Below are positions 10,520 to 20,325 of a stretch of DNA of 64,000 nt, piece after piece. Each line of letters opens with the position of its first letter. Position 1 is the stretch's first letter. The stretch spans positions 64,001 through 128,000 of the forward strand of contig CAVUHW010000008.1 in assembly GCA_963741205.1 (NCBI GenBank), read 5' to 3'. Below the pieces are notes generated by a model. The model was not told the origin of the DNA. It worked only from the letters and a program-made list of their open reading frames with translations, and searched no databases. The stretch comes from Nitrospirota bacterium (GTDB taxonomy: Bacteria; Nitrospirota; UBA9217). Made by a program: the position numbers and the translations under genes.

Positions 10520-11726
10520 TTATTTGGCTATTGCCTTCTTTTCTATCCTCAGCCGGAGCGCGTTCAGCCGGATAAAGCCTTCCGCATCCTTCTGATTGTA
10601 TACCGCGTCCGCCTCGAAGGTGGCGAGTTCGGGGTTGTAGAGAGACACCGCGGACTTGCGGCCCACGGTGTCGCAGTTTCCCTTGTATAATTTGATCCTC
10701 GCCGTGCCCGTCACGTTCTTTTGCGATTCGTCCACCATCGCCTGGAGCATGGTACGCTCGGGCGCGAACCAGTACCCGTAATAGACCAGCTCGGCGTAGC
10801 GCGGCGACGAGGCTGTCTCGCAAGTGCATGGCCTCGCGGTCCATGGTGATGGACTCGACGGCCCGGTGCGCGGCGTGCAGGAGCGTGCCGCCTGGCGTCT
10901 CGTAGACGCCGCGGGACTTCATGCCGACGTAGCGGTTTTCCACGAGGTCGACGCGGCCTACGCCGTGCGCTCCCGCGATCCGGTTCGCTTCGGCAAGGAG
11001 CACGGCGGGGGAAAGCTTTTTTCCGTTAAGGGCAACGGGGTCGCCCTCCTCGTACTCCACCTCGACGTACTCGGATTTGTCCGGCGCCTTCTCAACCGGC
11101 ACCGCCATCGTGTACATGTCGTCCGTCGATTCGCGCCAGGGGTCTTCCAGGATGCCTCCTTCATAGCTGATGTGCAGGAGGTTCCTGTCCGTGGAATAGG
11201 GCTTCGACGCGGTCGCCGTCACCGGAATCCTGTGTTTCGCTGCATAGGCGATGAGCTCCTCGCGGCCCTTCATGGTCCACTCGCGCCAGGGGGCGACGAT
11301 CTTCACGTCCGGCTTGAGCGCAAAGTAGGTGAGCTCGAAACGGACCTGGTCGTTCCCCTTGCCCGTGGCGCCGTGACAGACCGCGTCTGCGCCTTCCCGG
11401 ACGGCGATCTCGATCTGCCGCTTCGCGATGAGCGGGCGGGCGATCGACGTGCCCAGAAGATAGCGGCCTTCATACACGGCGTTCGCACGCAGAAGCGGGA
11501 ACACGAAGTCGCGGACGAACTCTTCGCGGAGGTCGTCGATGTAGATCCTGCTCGCCCCGGTCTTGACGGCCTTCTCACGGAGGGGCTCCAGTTCCTCGCC
11601 CTGGCCGATGTCCGCGGTAAAGGCGATCACCTCGCAGCCGTAGGTTTCCCTGAGCCAGGTGATGATGACCGACGTGTCGAGTCCGCCGGAGTAGGCGACA
11701 ACGATTTTCTTGATATCCTGCTTCAA
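10520..11726 (-). CDS. argG: Argininosuccinate synthase (apparent frameshift near 10805)
   Basis: AYSGGLDTS and [13 protein letters not shown] motifs; the C-terminus continues in ORF 10520..10750 ([12 protein letters not shown]). Confidence 0.93.
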
Positions 11727-11753
11727 ACAAAAACTCCTACTGACAACTTAGGT

Positions 11754-11909
11754 CGTCATTCCCGCCCCTGCTTGAATCATGCTGGGGCAGGCTCCAGCGG
11801 GAATCCGTTGGCTTTTCTAAGGACTAAATTCAAAATGGATTCCCGATAAAACCATTCGCCCTGCACTCGCGTTTCCGCACTCGTAAACGCTGGGTGCAGG
11901 CGGAATGAC
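11754..11909. repeat. REP-like doublet, family A, with two CCTGC..GCAGG inserts
   Basis: Arms are interrupted at 11767-11791 and 11859-11900. Confidence 0.7.
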
Positions 11910-11958
11910 AGTTTGGTTGTTAGATGGACCGTTCAGTGGCATCGGCGGTCGATCTAAG

Positions 11959-12558
11959 TTATTTCCCTTCCACGATCTTCACTTTCATCTCGATGCGGTC
12001 GTTCGGGTTGTCGGCCTGGTCGCGGGGTTGTGCAACGATCTTGTCGACGGCCTCGATCCCGCTCACGACTTCGCCGAAGACCGTGTACTGCCGGTCAAGA
12101 AACGGCGAATCCTTCACGCAGATGAAGAACTGGGACCCGGCGCTGTCGGGGCTGGCGGCCCTGGCCATGGAGAGCGTGCCGCGCTTGTGCGGCTTTTCGT
12201 TGAATTCGGCCTTGATGGTGTACCCCGGCCCGCCCTGGCCGTGCCTGCTCCTGTCCGTGTTCTTCGTGTTCGGGTCGCCGCCCTGGATCATGAATCCGGG
12301 AATCACGCGGTGAAACGTCGTCCCGTCATAAAAGCCTTTCTTTGCCAGATCAATGAAGTTCTTGACATGCCCCGGCGCCACGTCGGGGAAAAATTTGAGC
12401 GTGATGCTGCCGAATTTCGTTTCGATGATTGCCGTGGTTTCCGCCATTTTTTTGATCTCCTGTGGTGTGAATTTTTGCGGCTGCTGCTGGGCGAACGACG
12501 CCGAGGCGACGAGTGCGCCAATAGCCAGAATCATGAGAACAAGGACCGTTTTTTTCAT
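11959..12558 (-). CDS. Exported cyclophilin-type peptidyl-prolyl isomerase
   Basis: Signal peptide; FHRVIPGFMIQGGDP and SAGSQFFI motifs. Confidence 0.92.
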   Translation of the reverse strand: MKKTVLVLMILAIGALVASASFAQQQPQKFTPQEIKKMAETTAIIETKFGSITLKFFPDVAPGHVKNFIDLAKKGFYDGTTFHRVIPGFMIQGGDPNTKNTDRSRHGQGGPGYTIKAEFNEKPHKRGTLSMARAASPDSAGSQFFICVKDSPFLDRQYTVFGEVVSGIEAVDKIVAQPRDQADNPNDRIEMKVKIVEGK

Positions 12559-12774
12559 GGACCATAACCTCCTGTGCCGGGGAATAGGCCTGGAATGTGC
12601 ATTGGCAGGCAAAGATATACAGTTTTACCAGAAAGCCGGAAGGTTGTCAAACAAAACCAGAGGCTTGCGCGTTTCCCGGTCCTGGATTCGGCGCTTCCCA
12701 TTTCGGAGTTTTTCTGATATTATTTTTCCATCGTCAAGGAGCAGACTGCCGCATCACGAAAGGGGTAAGCGATC

Positions 12775-13200
12775 ATGGTACAGAAAGCAACGAGCGCGTT
12801 AACTGATATGATGAACAGGGCGATCGCCCGCGAGATCCAGGTGAGCGTCCAGTATATGTGGCAGCACGTCATGGCAAAAGGGCTGGACTCGGCGGCGATT
12901 TCGGACGTGTTCGAGGACGTCGCGATAGCCGAGATGAAACACGCGGAAAAGATTGCGGAACGGATTTTCTATTTCGACGTAGTCCCCACGATCAAACCCG
13001 ATGCCATCAAGGTCGGCGGTTCAATCAAGGAGATGCTCGAATTTGACGCGAAGGCCGAGGAAGAGGCCATCGAGCTTTACAAGAAAATCATCAAACAGGC
13101 CGGGTCAGAAGGCGACTCGACAACCAGGCTTCTCTTCGAGGAGATCCTCGCGGACGAGGAAGACCATCACGATACGTTTACGACGCTGCTGGGGAAATAA
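12775..13200 (+). CDS. Ferritin-like / bacterioferritin-family di-iron protein
   Basis: E..Y, EMKH and EEDH di-iron carboxylate motifs. Confidence 0.85.
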   Translation: MVQKATSALTDMMNRAIAREIQVSVQYMWQHVMAKGLDSAAISDVFEDVAIAEMKHAEKIAERIFYFDVVPTIKPDAIKVGGSIKEMLEFDAKAEEEAIELYKKIIKQAGSEGDSTTRLLFEEILADEEDHHDTFTTLLGK

Positions 13201-13224
13201 CCCACCTTCGTCAACCTCGGTAAC

Positions 13225-13389
13225 GTCATTCCCGAAATCCTCAATCGGGAATTCAGCGGTTTTGGTTCATCGGTAAAGGAAACGAAGACACACCCTGCAC
13301 TCGCGCTATAGGCACTCATAAACGCTGGCCGCAGGCTCATAACCGTTGGGTGCAGGCTGGATTCCCGATGGAACCGTTCGGGAATGACG
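13225..13389. repeat. REP-like doublet, family A, with a CCTGC..GCAGG insert
   Basis: cgtcattcccga..tcgggaattc ... insert at 13293-13356 ... ggattcccga..tcgggaatgacg. Confidence 0.7.
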
Positions 13390-13415
13390 AATAATAAATG
13401 TTCGGCGCTCCACCC

Positions 13416-14261
13416 ATGCAAATCATAACCACCATCTCCGAAATGCAGTCACTCGCTGAATCACAGCGGCGGCAGGGAAAGACCATCGGCCTGGTGCCCA
13501 CCATGGGCTTTCTGCACGAAGGCCACCTCTCGCTCATGCGGCGGGCGCGGCAGGAGTGCGACACCGTTGTCGCCAGCATCTTCGTGAACCCGACGCAGTT
13601 CGGGCCCCAGGAGGATTTCGACCGCTATCCCCGCGATGACGAAGGCGACCGGGCGAAGTGCGGGTCCGCCGGCGTCGATATCCTGTTCATGCCGAAGGCC
13701 TCCGAGATGTATCCGGAAAAGCCTTCCGTGTTCGTCGACGTGGAGGGGATATCGGACATCCTCGAAGGCGCGGCCAGGCCAGGGCATTTCCGCGGCGTGG
13801 CCACGGTAGTCTCCAAGCTCTTCCACATCGTCAAACCGCACACGGCCTATTTCGGCCAGAAGGATTACCAGCAATGCGCAGTGATCAGGCGCATGGCGAA
13901 GTGCCTGAACATGGATGTGAAGATCGCGGTGCTCCCGACGGTCCGCGAACAGGACGGCCTCGCGATGAGCTCGCGCAACAGCTATCTCAGCACCGAGGAG
14001 CGGCGCGCCGCCGCGGCGATTTATCGCGCTCTTTCGTCCGCCGGGCAGCTCGTCAAGGCCGGTGTGAAAGAGCCGGAGAAGCTCAAGAACAAGATGCAGG
14101 CGGTTTTGCAGGAGGAGCGGGGGATCTCTATCGACTATATCGAGATCGCAGACTGCGAGAGCCTCGCCCCGCTCGCGGTCGTCCAGGAAAACATGGTGGT
14201 GTTGGTTGCGGTTCGTCTCGGACGCACAAGACTGATTGACAATCTCCCGGTACTATGCTAA
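13416..14261 (+). CDS. panC: Pantoate-beta-alanine ligase
   Basis: PTMGFLHEGH, FGQKDYQQ, LAMSSRN and RLIDN motifs. Confidence 0.96.
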   Translation: MQIITTISEMQSLAESQRRQGKTIGLVPTMGFLHEGHLSLMRRARQECDTVVASIFVNPTQFGPQEDFDRYPRDDEGDRAKCGSAGVDILFMPKASEMYPEKPSVFVDVEGISDILEGAARPGHFRGVATVVSKLFHIVKPHTAYFGQKDYQQCAVIRRMAKCLNMDVKIAVLPTVREQDGLAMSSRNSYLSTEERRAAAAIYRALSSAGQLVKAGVKEPEKLKNKMQAVLQEERGISIDYIEIADCESLAPLAVVQENMVVLVAVRLGRTRLIDNLPVLC

Positions 14262-14353
14262 TTAGTGCATCGGCCTGAAGCATTGTTCGGATGTTGCCTC
14301 GAGTCGCAAGCGTCCTTTGTGGAAGCATACTCCCTGCAGCTTTCCCCCTCCGC

Positions 14354-14382
14354 TTGACAATGAGGTCACTTTCAGTTACTAT
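14354..14382 (+). promoter_or_regulatory. sigma70-type promoter of the toxin-antitoxin operon (probably leaderless)
   Basis: TTGACA-17 bp-TACTAT; the ATG is 6 nt downstream and has no SD. Confidence 0.65.
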
Positions 14383-14388
14383 GACTAC

Positions 14389-14682
14389 ATGCAAACGAAA
14401 ACCATTGGCATTCGTGAAATGAAAGCCCATCTGAGCGGCTATCTGAGGGACGTGAAGCGGGGCGAGGAACTGCTCATCTCGGAGCGGGGCAAGGCCATCG
14501 CCCGCCTTGTGCCGGCAGGCGCTCCGGCGGAGGCAGGCAAGCTGCATTCCGCGCTCGTCAAAATGGCGCTCGCGGGCGCGATCATCCTTCCGCCGTCGTA
14601 CAAACCGCCGCGCCGGCCGAAATTCAGAAAAAAAGTAAAAGGTTCTCTCTTCTCCAAGGCGATCATCGAGGACCGGCGATGA
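14389..14682 (+). CDS. Phd/YefM family antitoxin
   Basis: KTIGIREMKAHLSGYLRDVKRGEELLISERGKAIARLVP; overlaps the toxin start (ATGA). Confidence 0.88.
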   Translation: MQTKTIGIREMKAHLSGYLRDVKRGEELLISERGKAIARLVPAGAPAEAGKLHSALVKMALAGAIILPPSYKPPRRPKFRKKVKGSLFSKAIIEDRR

Positions 14683-15104
14683 TGCTCTATCTCGATACGT
14701 CCGCGCTCATCAAGCGTTACGTGGACGAGGACGGGTCCGGGCGCGTGAATGAGCTGTGGGACGGGGCAACGGGGATCGCGACATCGGTCGTCGCCTTTGC
14801 GGAAATGATCGCCGCGCTGAACCGCAAGCTTCGGGAAGGCGTCTTGTCAGCCCGTGAGTATTCCCGAACGGCAACTTCCTTCAAGAGCGACTATCGCCGG
14901 ATCATTCTCATTCCCGTCAATGCAGGACTGAATGAACGCATTGAATCGCTGGCGCGGAAATATGCACTGAGGGGGTTTGATGCAATTCACCTGGCATCGG
15001 CGCTTGTGATTCGAAGCAACGGCAAGGTGGACACGGGTTTCGCCTGCTACGACCGCGTGCTGAATGAAGCGGCAATGAAGGAAGGCTTTCCATCAATCCT
15101 CTAA
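14679..15104 (+). CDS. vapC: PIN-domain (VapC) toxin
   Basis: YLDTSALIKRY, LRGFDAIHLASA and FACYD PIN motifs. Confidence 0.88.
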   Translation: MMLYLDTSALIKRYVDEDGSGRVNELWDGATGIATSVVAFAEMIAALNRKLREGVLSAREYSRTATSFKSDYRRIILIPVNAGLNERIESLARKYALRGFDAIHLASALVIRSNGKVDTGFACYDRVLNEAAMKEGFPSIL

Positions 15105-15277
15105 CTATCCTCGTCCCACAACCCCGTCGGGTGAACATCTTAGGCAGAACGCCGTCGTTAAAGCCGGTAGGTTGAGCAATGGGCATCATCTTGCCCAATA
15201 GAATTCAAAAGATGTTGTACTGTGATTCGTAGCTAACCTGCAATCTGCGTACTTTATCATGGAAGGAGCAAACCACT

Positions 15278-15616
15278 ATGATCAACCCTCAGTTCGTCAC
15301 TACCGCGTTTGACCTTCCGGGCCATCGCATCGTGAAGAATCTCGGCGTGGTGCGGGGCATCGTGGTCCGGTCGCGCAGCATCATCGGGAACGTCGGGGCC
15401 GTAATCCAGATGCTCTTCGGCGGGAACATCACGCTCTACACCGCCCTGTGCGAGAAGGCCCGATCCGATGCCTATAATTTGATGCTGGAACACGCGGAGG
15501 AGCACGGCGCGAACGCACTCATCGGCATGCGCTACGACGCCAACGAGGTTACAGCGGGAGTCACCGAGGTGCTGGCTTACGGGACTGCCGTGATGGTAGA
15601 ACAATCACCGCGTTAG
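15278..15616 (+). CDS. YbjQ/UPF0145 family protein
   Basis: [22 protein letters not shown] and EVLAYGTAV motifs. Confidence 0.9.
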   Translation: MINPQFVTTAFDLPGHRIVKNLGVVRGIVVRSRSIIGNVGAVIQMLFGGNITLYTALCEKARSDAYNLMLEHAEEHGANALIGMRYDANEVTAGVTEVLAYGTAVMVEQSPR

Positions 15617-15682
15617 TAGGGGCTTCACGCCGGGATGAACAAACTTTACTTTTCGGGGATTTGGGGAAACCATGGGGGCAGA

Positions 15683-15885
15683 TCAGCGACGTGATCCGCA
15701 GGACGATGCGGACTCGCGAGCGGTAGAGTGGCCGCCCTTTTTTCTTGATCGCCTGTACGCCTTGGGCAATACGCCATGGACGCCTTCGATGGCAGTGGAC
15801 GTGGAAACCGACTGCAAAAGAGCAGATTTGAGGTCGGCGGCTTCTCTCAGAAAGGGATCGGATTTTACCGGGGGAAGTTTAGCAT
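15683..15885 (-). pseudogene. Small ORF with a Fic-inhibitory-like SxxxEG motif; its start appears frameshifted
   Basis: Minus frame reads AKLPPVKSDPFLREAADLKSALLQSVSTSTAIEGV...; the ATG at 15885 is one base out of frame. Confidence 0.35.
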
Positions 15886-16012
15886 GAGAAAATAACCATA
15901 AACGGCAGGGATGATCATTGCGAAACTTTGCACCAGATCGTCAGGATGAATGGCACGCCGGATATTTCACCCTCCCCAACCCCTCCTATCAAGGGAGGGG
16001 CTACGTAAGTTC

Positions 16013-17518
16013 CTACACCATCACGACCTCGTACTGCTCCTGGTGCAGGTTGGGATCGGCCTTGATCACGACCTTTTTCTGAAATTCCTTCTCCAGTTCC
16101 TCCACGCCCTGCCGTTCCTCGTCGTACAGCATGTCGGCGACAACGGAATTGACGGTAACGAGCGCCTTCTTCTCGTCCGCCTTTGAGAAGGCCCTGCGGA
16201 TTTCCCGAAGGACCTCGTAGCACACAGTCCGGCTCGACTTGATGTACCCGCGGCCGTCGCAGTACGGGCAGGGCTCGCACAGCGTGCGGCCCAGGCTCTC
16301 CCGGATTCTCTTCCTGGTCATCTCGATCAAGCCGATCGGAGAGATGTGCGAGATTGTGGTTTTCGCCTTGTCGGAGGCGAGCGCCTCCTGAAGCGCCGAA
16401 TAGACCTTCCTGCGGTTGTCCTCCCGTTCCATGTCGATGAAGTCCAGGATGATGATGCCGCCGATGTTCCGGAGCCGGAGCTGGTAGGCGATTTCGCGCA
16501 AAGCCTCGAGGTTGGTTTTGAGGATGGTATCCTCGAGGGTCCGCTTGCCCACGTACCTGCCGGTGTTCACGTCGATGGCGGTAAGCGCCTCGGTCTGGTC
16601 TACGATGATGTATCCGCCCGATTTGAGCCAGACCTTCCTGCCGAGGGCGCGTGAGATTTCTATCTCCACGCCGTAATGGTCGAAGACAGGCTCGTCACCC
16701 TCAAAGGGTTTCACGCGCCGGGAAAGCTGCGGGATGTAGGAGTCCACGAACTCCCTGACCCGCTGGTATTCATCGGGTGAATCGATGACCATCCTGTCCA
16801 CGTCGCGGGTGAAGACGTCCCGGATGACGCGGAAGACCAGGTCAAGCTCGTTGTGCATCAGGGCCGGGGCCGAGGTGCGCTCCTTTTTTTTCTGGATGTT
16901 GTCCCACAGTCTTCCCAGGAATTCGATGTCGGCGGTGAAGTCGTCCTCGCTCCTGCCCTGGCTTGCGGTCCGGATGATGTAGCCCGTGTTCGGCCTCCGG
17001 AGGCGGCTCACGATCTCGCGCAGGCGCTTCCGCTCCTCGCCGTTCTCGATGCGGCGCGAGACGCCGATGTGGTTCACGCCGGGCATCATGACGAGATAGC
17101 GTCCGGGGATGCTGATGTAGGTCGTGACACGCGCACCCTTGGTGCTGATCGGCTCTTTCGAAACCTGGACGAGAATCTCCTGGCCCTCCTGCAAAAGGTC
17201 CTCGATCTGGTTGGAGTGGGAACGCTTCCGTTTGGTTTCGACCTCCAGCTCCAGGCCCTCGTCGTCCATCATGGGCGTGTATTCCGACGTGCTGTCGAAG
17301 ACGTCGCCGACGTAGAGGAAGGCGGATTTTTCCAGGCCGATGTCAACGAAGGCCGCCTGCATGCCGGGAAGGACCTTCATGACCCTGCCTTTGTACACAT
17401 TCCCCGCGATGCCGCGGTCTTTCTTGCGGTCGATATAGATTTCCGTGACAAGTCCGTTCTCAAGAAGCGCCACGCGGGTTTCCTCCCGGCCGGCGTTTAC
17501 GATGATCTCAGATGGCAT
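16013..17518 (-). CDS. rng: Rne/Rng family ribonuclease (RNase G-like)
   Basis: GNVYKGRV S1 domain, AIDVNTG, LRNIGGIIILDFIDM, CPYCDG. Confidence 0.92.
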   Translation of the reverse strand: MPSEIIVNAGREETRVALLENGLVTEIYIDRKKDRGIAGNVYKGRVMKVLPGMQAAFVDIGLEKSAFLYVGDVFDSTSEYTPMMDDEGLELEVETKRKRSHSNQIEDLLQEGQEILVQVSKEPISTKGARVTTYISIPGRYLVMMPGVNHIGVSRRIENGEERKRLREIVSRLRRPNTGYIIRTASQGRSEDDFTADIEFLGRLWDNIQKKKERTSAPALMHNELDLVFRVIRDVFTRDVDRMVIDSPDEYQRVREFVDSYIPQLSRRVKPFEGDEPVFDHYGVEIEISRALGRKVWLKSGGYIIVDQTEALTAIDVNTGRYVGKRTLEDTILKTNLEALREIAYQLRLRNIGGIIILDFIDMEREDNRRKVYSALQEALASDKAKTTISHISPIGLIEMTRKRIRESLGRTLCEPCPYCDGRGYIKSSRTVCYEVLREIRRAFSKADEKKALVTVNSVVADMLYDEERQGVEELEKEFQKKVVIKADPNLHQEQYEVVMV

Positions 17519-17723
17519 ACAGTCTCCTTGGCGGAATGGATGTGATGATTAATGCATTTTATAATAAGTGGGGTTGCTAATACAAGGACAAAAAGGAAGT
17601 GGGGGTGCGTGTTGCGGGTTGCGATGTTACGAGGAGGCGTGGTAAAACTCGCAACGGAACCTTGCTTTGGCAGGACAGATTAACGTTATAATCATTGCAA
17701 ACGCAATGACAAACACGCTCGAG

Positions 17724-18395
17724 TTACACGGCCTCCAGGGGACTTTTCCATTGGTCGCCGTCCCGGTAGAATAGGCCCGTACGCCTGACACGGAACAGGG
17801 CGGATTGCTCCGGTCCGATGCCGAACAACTGCCCGATAACGTCCTGCACCCGCGGCCTTACTTCGCCATGGTCAACGAGCGTGACGATCAGTCCGCCGGT
17901 ATTGGCAGAGCCCTGGGGCTCGATCGATTCTATGCAAGGACGGATGTCCCTCTCTTTTCCCTCTTTTGAAACGATAAGAGAGGTACGTGCCAGCAGGGCC
18001 GCGATCTTTGTTGTCAGCTCTCCCCGGGGCGCCGGCTCGTGGACTTCGTACACATACCTTCCGATGCAGCCGGAAATGGACGGCGCCTTCTTCGGAATGA
18101 CCCCGGACTCGAGTATCCGTACTCCCTCAGGCAGGACTGCGTTCAGGTCCTTCGTCAGCTGAAGCAGATCGACGAATGGATCGGTCTCCATATCGAGAAA
18201 TTCCGTCTCGCTTTCCATGCCCACGGAGAGTGCGGGACCGAAGGCGATCCTGGGATGGGGGTTAAACCCCTGGGACCACGCGATGGGTATACCTGCGCGG
18301 ACCGCGGCCCGATGAATGAGCGTCATGAAATCGAGATGAGACAGAAACCTGATGCGGCCCGCCTTGGTGTATCTCATTCTGATGCGCGTGGTCAT
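17724..18395 (-). CDS. Radical SAM-linked protein (TIGR03936/DUF2344-like)
   Basis: RFLSHLD..RA and SQGFNPHPRIAFGPALSVG motifs; follows the radical SAM gene. Confidence 0.85.
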   Translation of the reverse strand: MTTRIRMRYTKAGRIRFLSHLDFMTLIHRAAVRAGIPIAWSQGFNPHPRIAFGPALSVGMESETEFLDMETDPFVDLLQLTKDLNAVLPEGVRILESGVIPKKAPSISGCIGRYVYEVHEPAPRGELTTKIAALLARTSLIVSKEGKERDIRPCIESIEPQGSANTGGLIVTLVDHGEVRPRVQDVIGQLFGIGPEQSALFRVRRTGLFYRDGDQWKSPLEAV

Positions 18396-18423
18396 GCCCG
18401 GAAGTCCCTCAGGCCTCCCGCGG

Positions 18424-20226
18424 TCAGGGACCGGCTCCTGCCGGTGTGATTCGGTCGGCGCCGTCTGTGATCGACGGCAGCCCCAGAAGGTCCGTTCCAC
18501 CGTCCGTACACCCGATGCCGCAATGCCCGCAATCCACCCTGCAGTTTTCGGTGATTTCCGATGCCGCGGCCCTCCGGTACTCTTGCTTCAGAAATTCCTT
18601 CGACACGCCGCTTTTTACATGGTCCCAGGGAAGCTCATCGTCAGGGCTGTAGGCCCGGGAGGCGCAGGAGGCAGGGTCGATGCCGCAGCTCGCAAAGGCA
18701 TCCATCCACTTTTTGAAGTCGAACCATTCCGTCCATCCGTCCAGGCGGCAGCCGAGACGCACCGCTTCCGCGATGACTTGTCCGAGCGCGCGGTCGCCGC
18801 GGGCGAAGGCGGCCTCGAGCAGGCTCGTCTCGGGGTTGTGTGCCTTGAACGCGATGCCGCGTCTCCTGAGTCCTCCGCTGAGGTAAGCCTGCTTCCTGCG
18901 GACCTCTTCGATCCGCGCCTGGCCCATCCACTGAAAGGGGGTGTGGGGCTTGGGCACGAAGGTCGATACGCTGATGTTGAGCTGGATGTGCCGTCTTGAG
19001 GCGCGCTTGCCCACGGCAAGGAGTTCGTTTGCGAGTCTGATAATGCCGTCCAGGTCCTCGTCGGTTTCGGTAGGAAGGCCGATCATGAAGTAGAGCTTGA
19101 GCACGCTCCAGCCGTTTTTAAATACGGTCTCCGCGGCCTCCATGAGGTCCCGATCGGAGACGGGCTTGTTGATGACCCTGCGGAGGCGTTCGGTCCCGGC
19201 CTCCGGCGCCAGGGTAAAGCCGGTCTTCCGCGTCCCGGCGATCGCCTCGATCATCTCCGGCGTGAGCGTGCCGACGCGCAGCGACGGGAGGGAGACCGAG
19301 ACGCGGCCCTCCCGGTACTTCTTCATGAGCTCGATGACGAGCGGCTGGATGCCGGAATGATCGCCGGAGGAGAGCGACGCGAGGGACAACTCCTCGTAGC
19401 CGGTGCAGGCAAGCGACTCGTGCAAGAGCTCTTTGATCCGTTCGGCGCTCCGCTCCCGGTACGGCCGGTAGATGATCCCGGCCTGGCAGAAACGGCAGCC
19501 GCGGATACACCCGCGCGCCACCTCGACGGTCACGCGGTCGTGGATGGGTTTCATGAGCGGCACGAGGGGCCTGTCGGGATAGGGCGCTGTGTCGATCTCC
19601 CGGATAAATCTCCTGCGCACCGCTTTTTTCCCGAGCGCGGGAACGTAGAAGCCGTCTCGCCGGGAAATGGCTTCGAGGAAGCCTTCCCGGGTACCCTCCG
19701 CCTGCCTCGCTTCAATGACTTCATGAATCGCCTCTTCCGCTTCGCCGATGAAAAAGACGTCGACGAAATCAGAGAGCGGCTCCGGGTTAACGGCGCAGGG
19801 TCCGCCTGCGACGATCACGGGATGGCTGTCGTCTCTGTCCGAAGAACGAAGCGGTATGCCGGCGAGTTCCAGTCCCGTCAGTATGTTGGAATAGGACAGC
19901 TCGTACTGAAGCGTGACGCCGATGATATCGAACAGGGCAAGGGGGAGACCTGACTCGAGACTTTTAAGCGGCCGTCCTGACGCCCGCAGTCTTTCCTCGT
20001 AATCCGGCCAGGGGGAGAAGACCCTCTCGCAGACCGTGTCCGGCCTGTTGTTCAGGATATGGTAGAGGATGCGCAGGCCCAGGTGCGACATGCCGACCTC
20101 ATAGGTGTCCGGAAAGAAGAGGCAGACCTTCGTCGCGACCCGCGAGTGGTCCTTATGGACCGCGTTGATTTCGTTGTTGATGTACCTGCCCGGTTTCGTT
20201 ACGAGCGGTAGAAAGTCTTCGAGCAT
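18424..20226 (-). CDS. B12-binding radical SAM protein (TIGR03960-like)
   Basis: FPDTYEVGMSHLG; CIRGCRFC CxxxCxxC motif; C-terminal Cys cluster. Confidence 0.88.
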   Translation of the reverse strand: MLEDFLPLVTKPGRYINNEINAVHKDHSRVATKVCLFFPDTYEVGMSHLGLRILYHILNNRPDTVCERVFSPWPDYEERLRASGRPLKSLESGLPLALFDIIGVTLQYELSYSNILTGLELAGIPLRSSDRDDSHPVIVAGGPCAVNPEPLSDFVDVFFIGEAEEAIHEVIEARQAEGTREGFLEAISRRDGFYVPALGKKAVRRRFIREIDTAPYPDRPLVPLMKPIHDRVTVEVARGCIRGCRFCQAGIIYRPYRERSAERIKELLHESLACTGYEELSLASLSSGDHSGIQPLVIELMKKYREGRVSVSLPSLRVGTLTPEMIEAIAGTRKTGFTLAPEAGTERLRRVINKPVSDRDLMEAAETVFKNGWSVLKLYFMIGLPTETDEDLDGIIRLANELLAVGKRASRRHIQLNISVSTFVPKPHTPFQWMGQARIEEVRRKQAYLSGGLRRRGIAFKAHNPETSLLEAAFARGDRALGQVIAEAVRLGCRLDGWTEWFDFKKWMDAFASCGIDPASCASRAYSPDDELPWDHVKSGVSKEFLKQEYRRAAASEITENCRVDCGHCGIGCTDGGTDLLGLPSITDGADRITPAGAGP

Positions 20227-20325
20227 GGGACTCCTTGGGGATGCATAGCGCATAGGGCAGTGGCGTTTGAATCTTTTACGCTATGCGCTTTGCCCCATGC
20301 TCTTTACGATGCGTGCTTTGAGCAA

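Noticed and set aside
15672-15887. Plus-strand 71-aa ORF
   Set aside because: No motifs; the opposite strand gives a more interpretable reading
18410-18430. Selenocysteine read-through of the radical SAM TGA
   Set aside because: A second in-frame TGA follows within five codons, the downstream gene is in another frame, and the context is not Cys-equivalent
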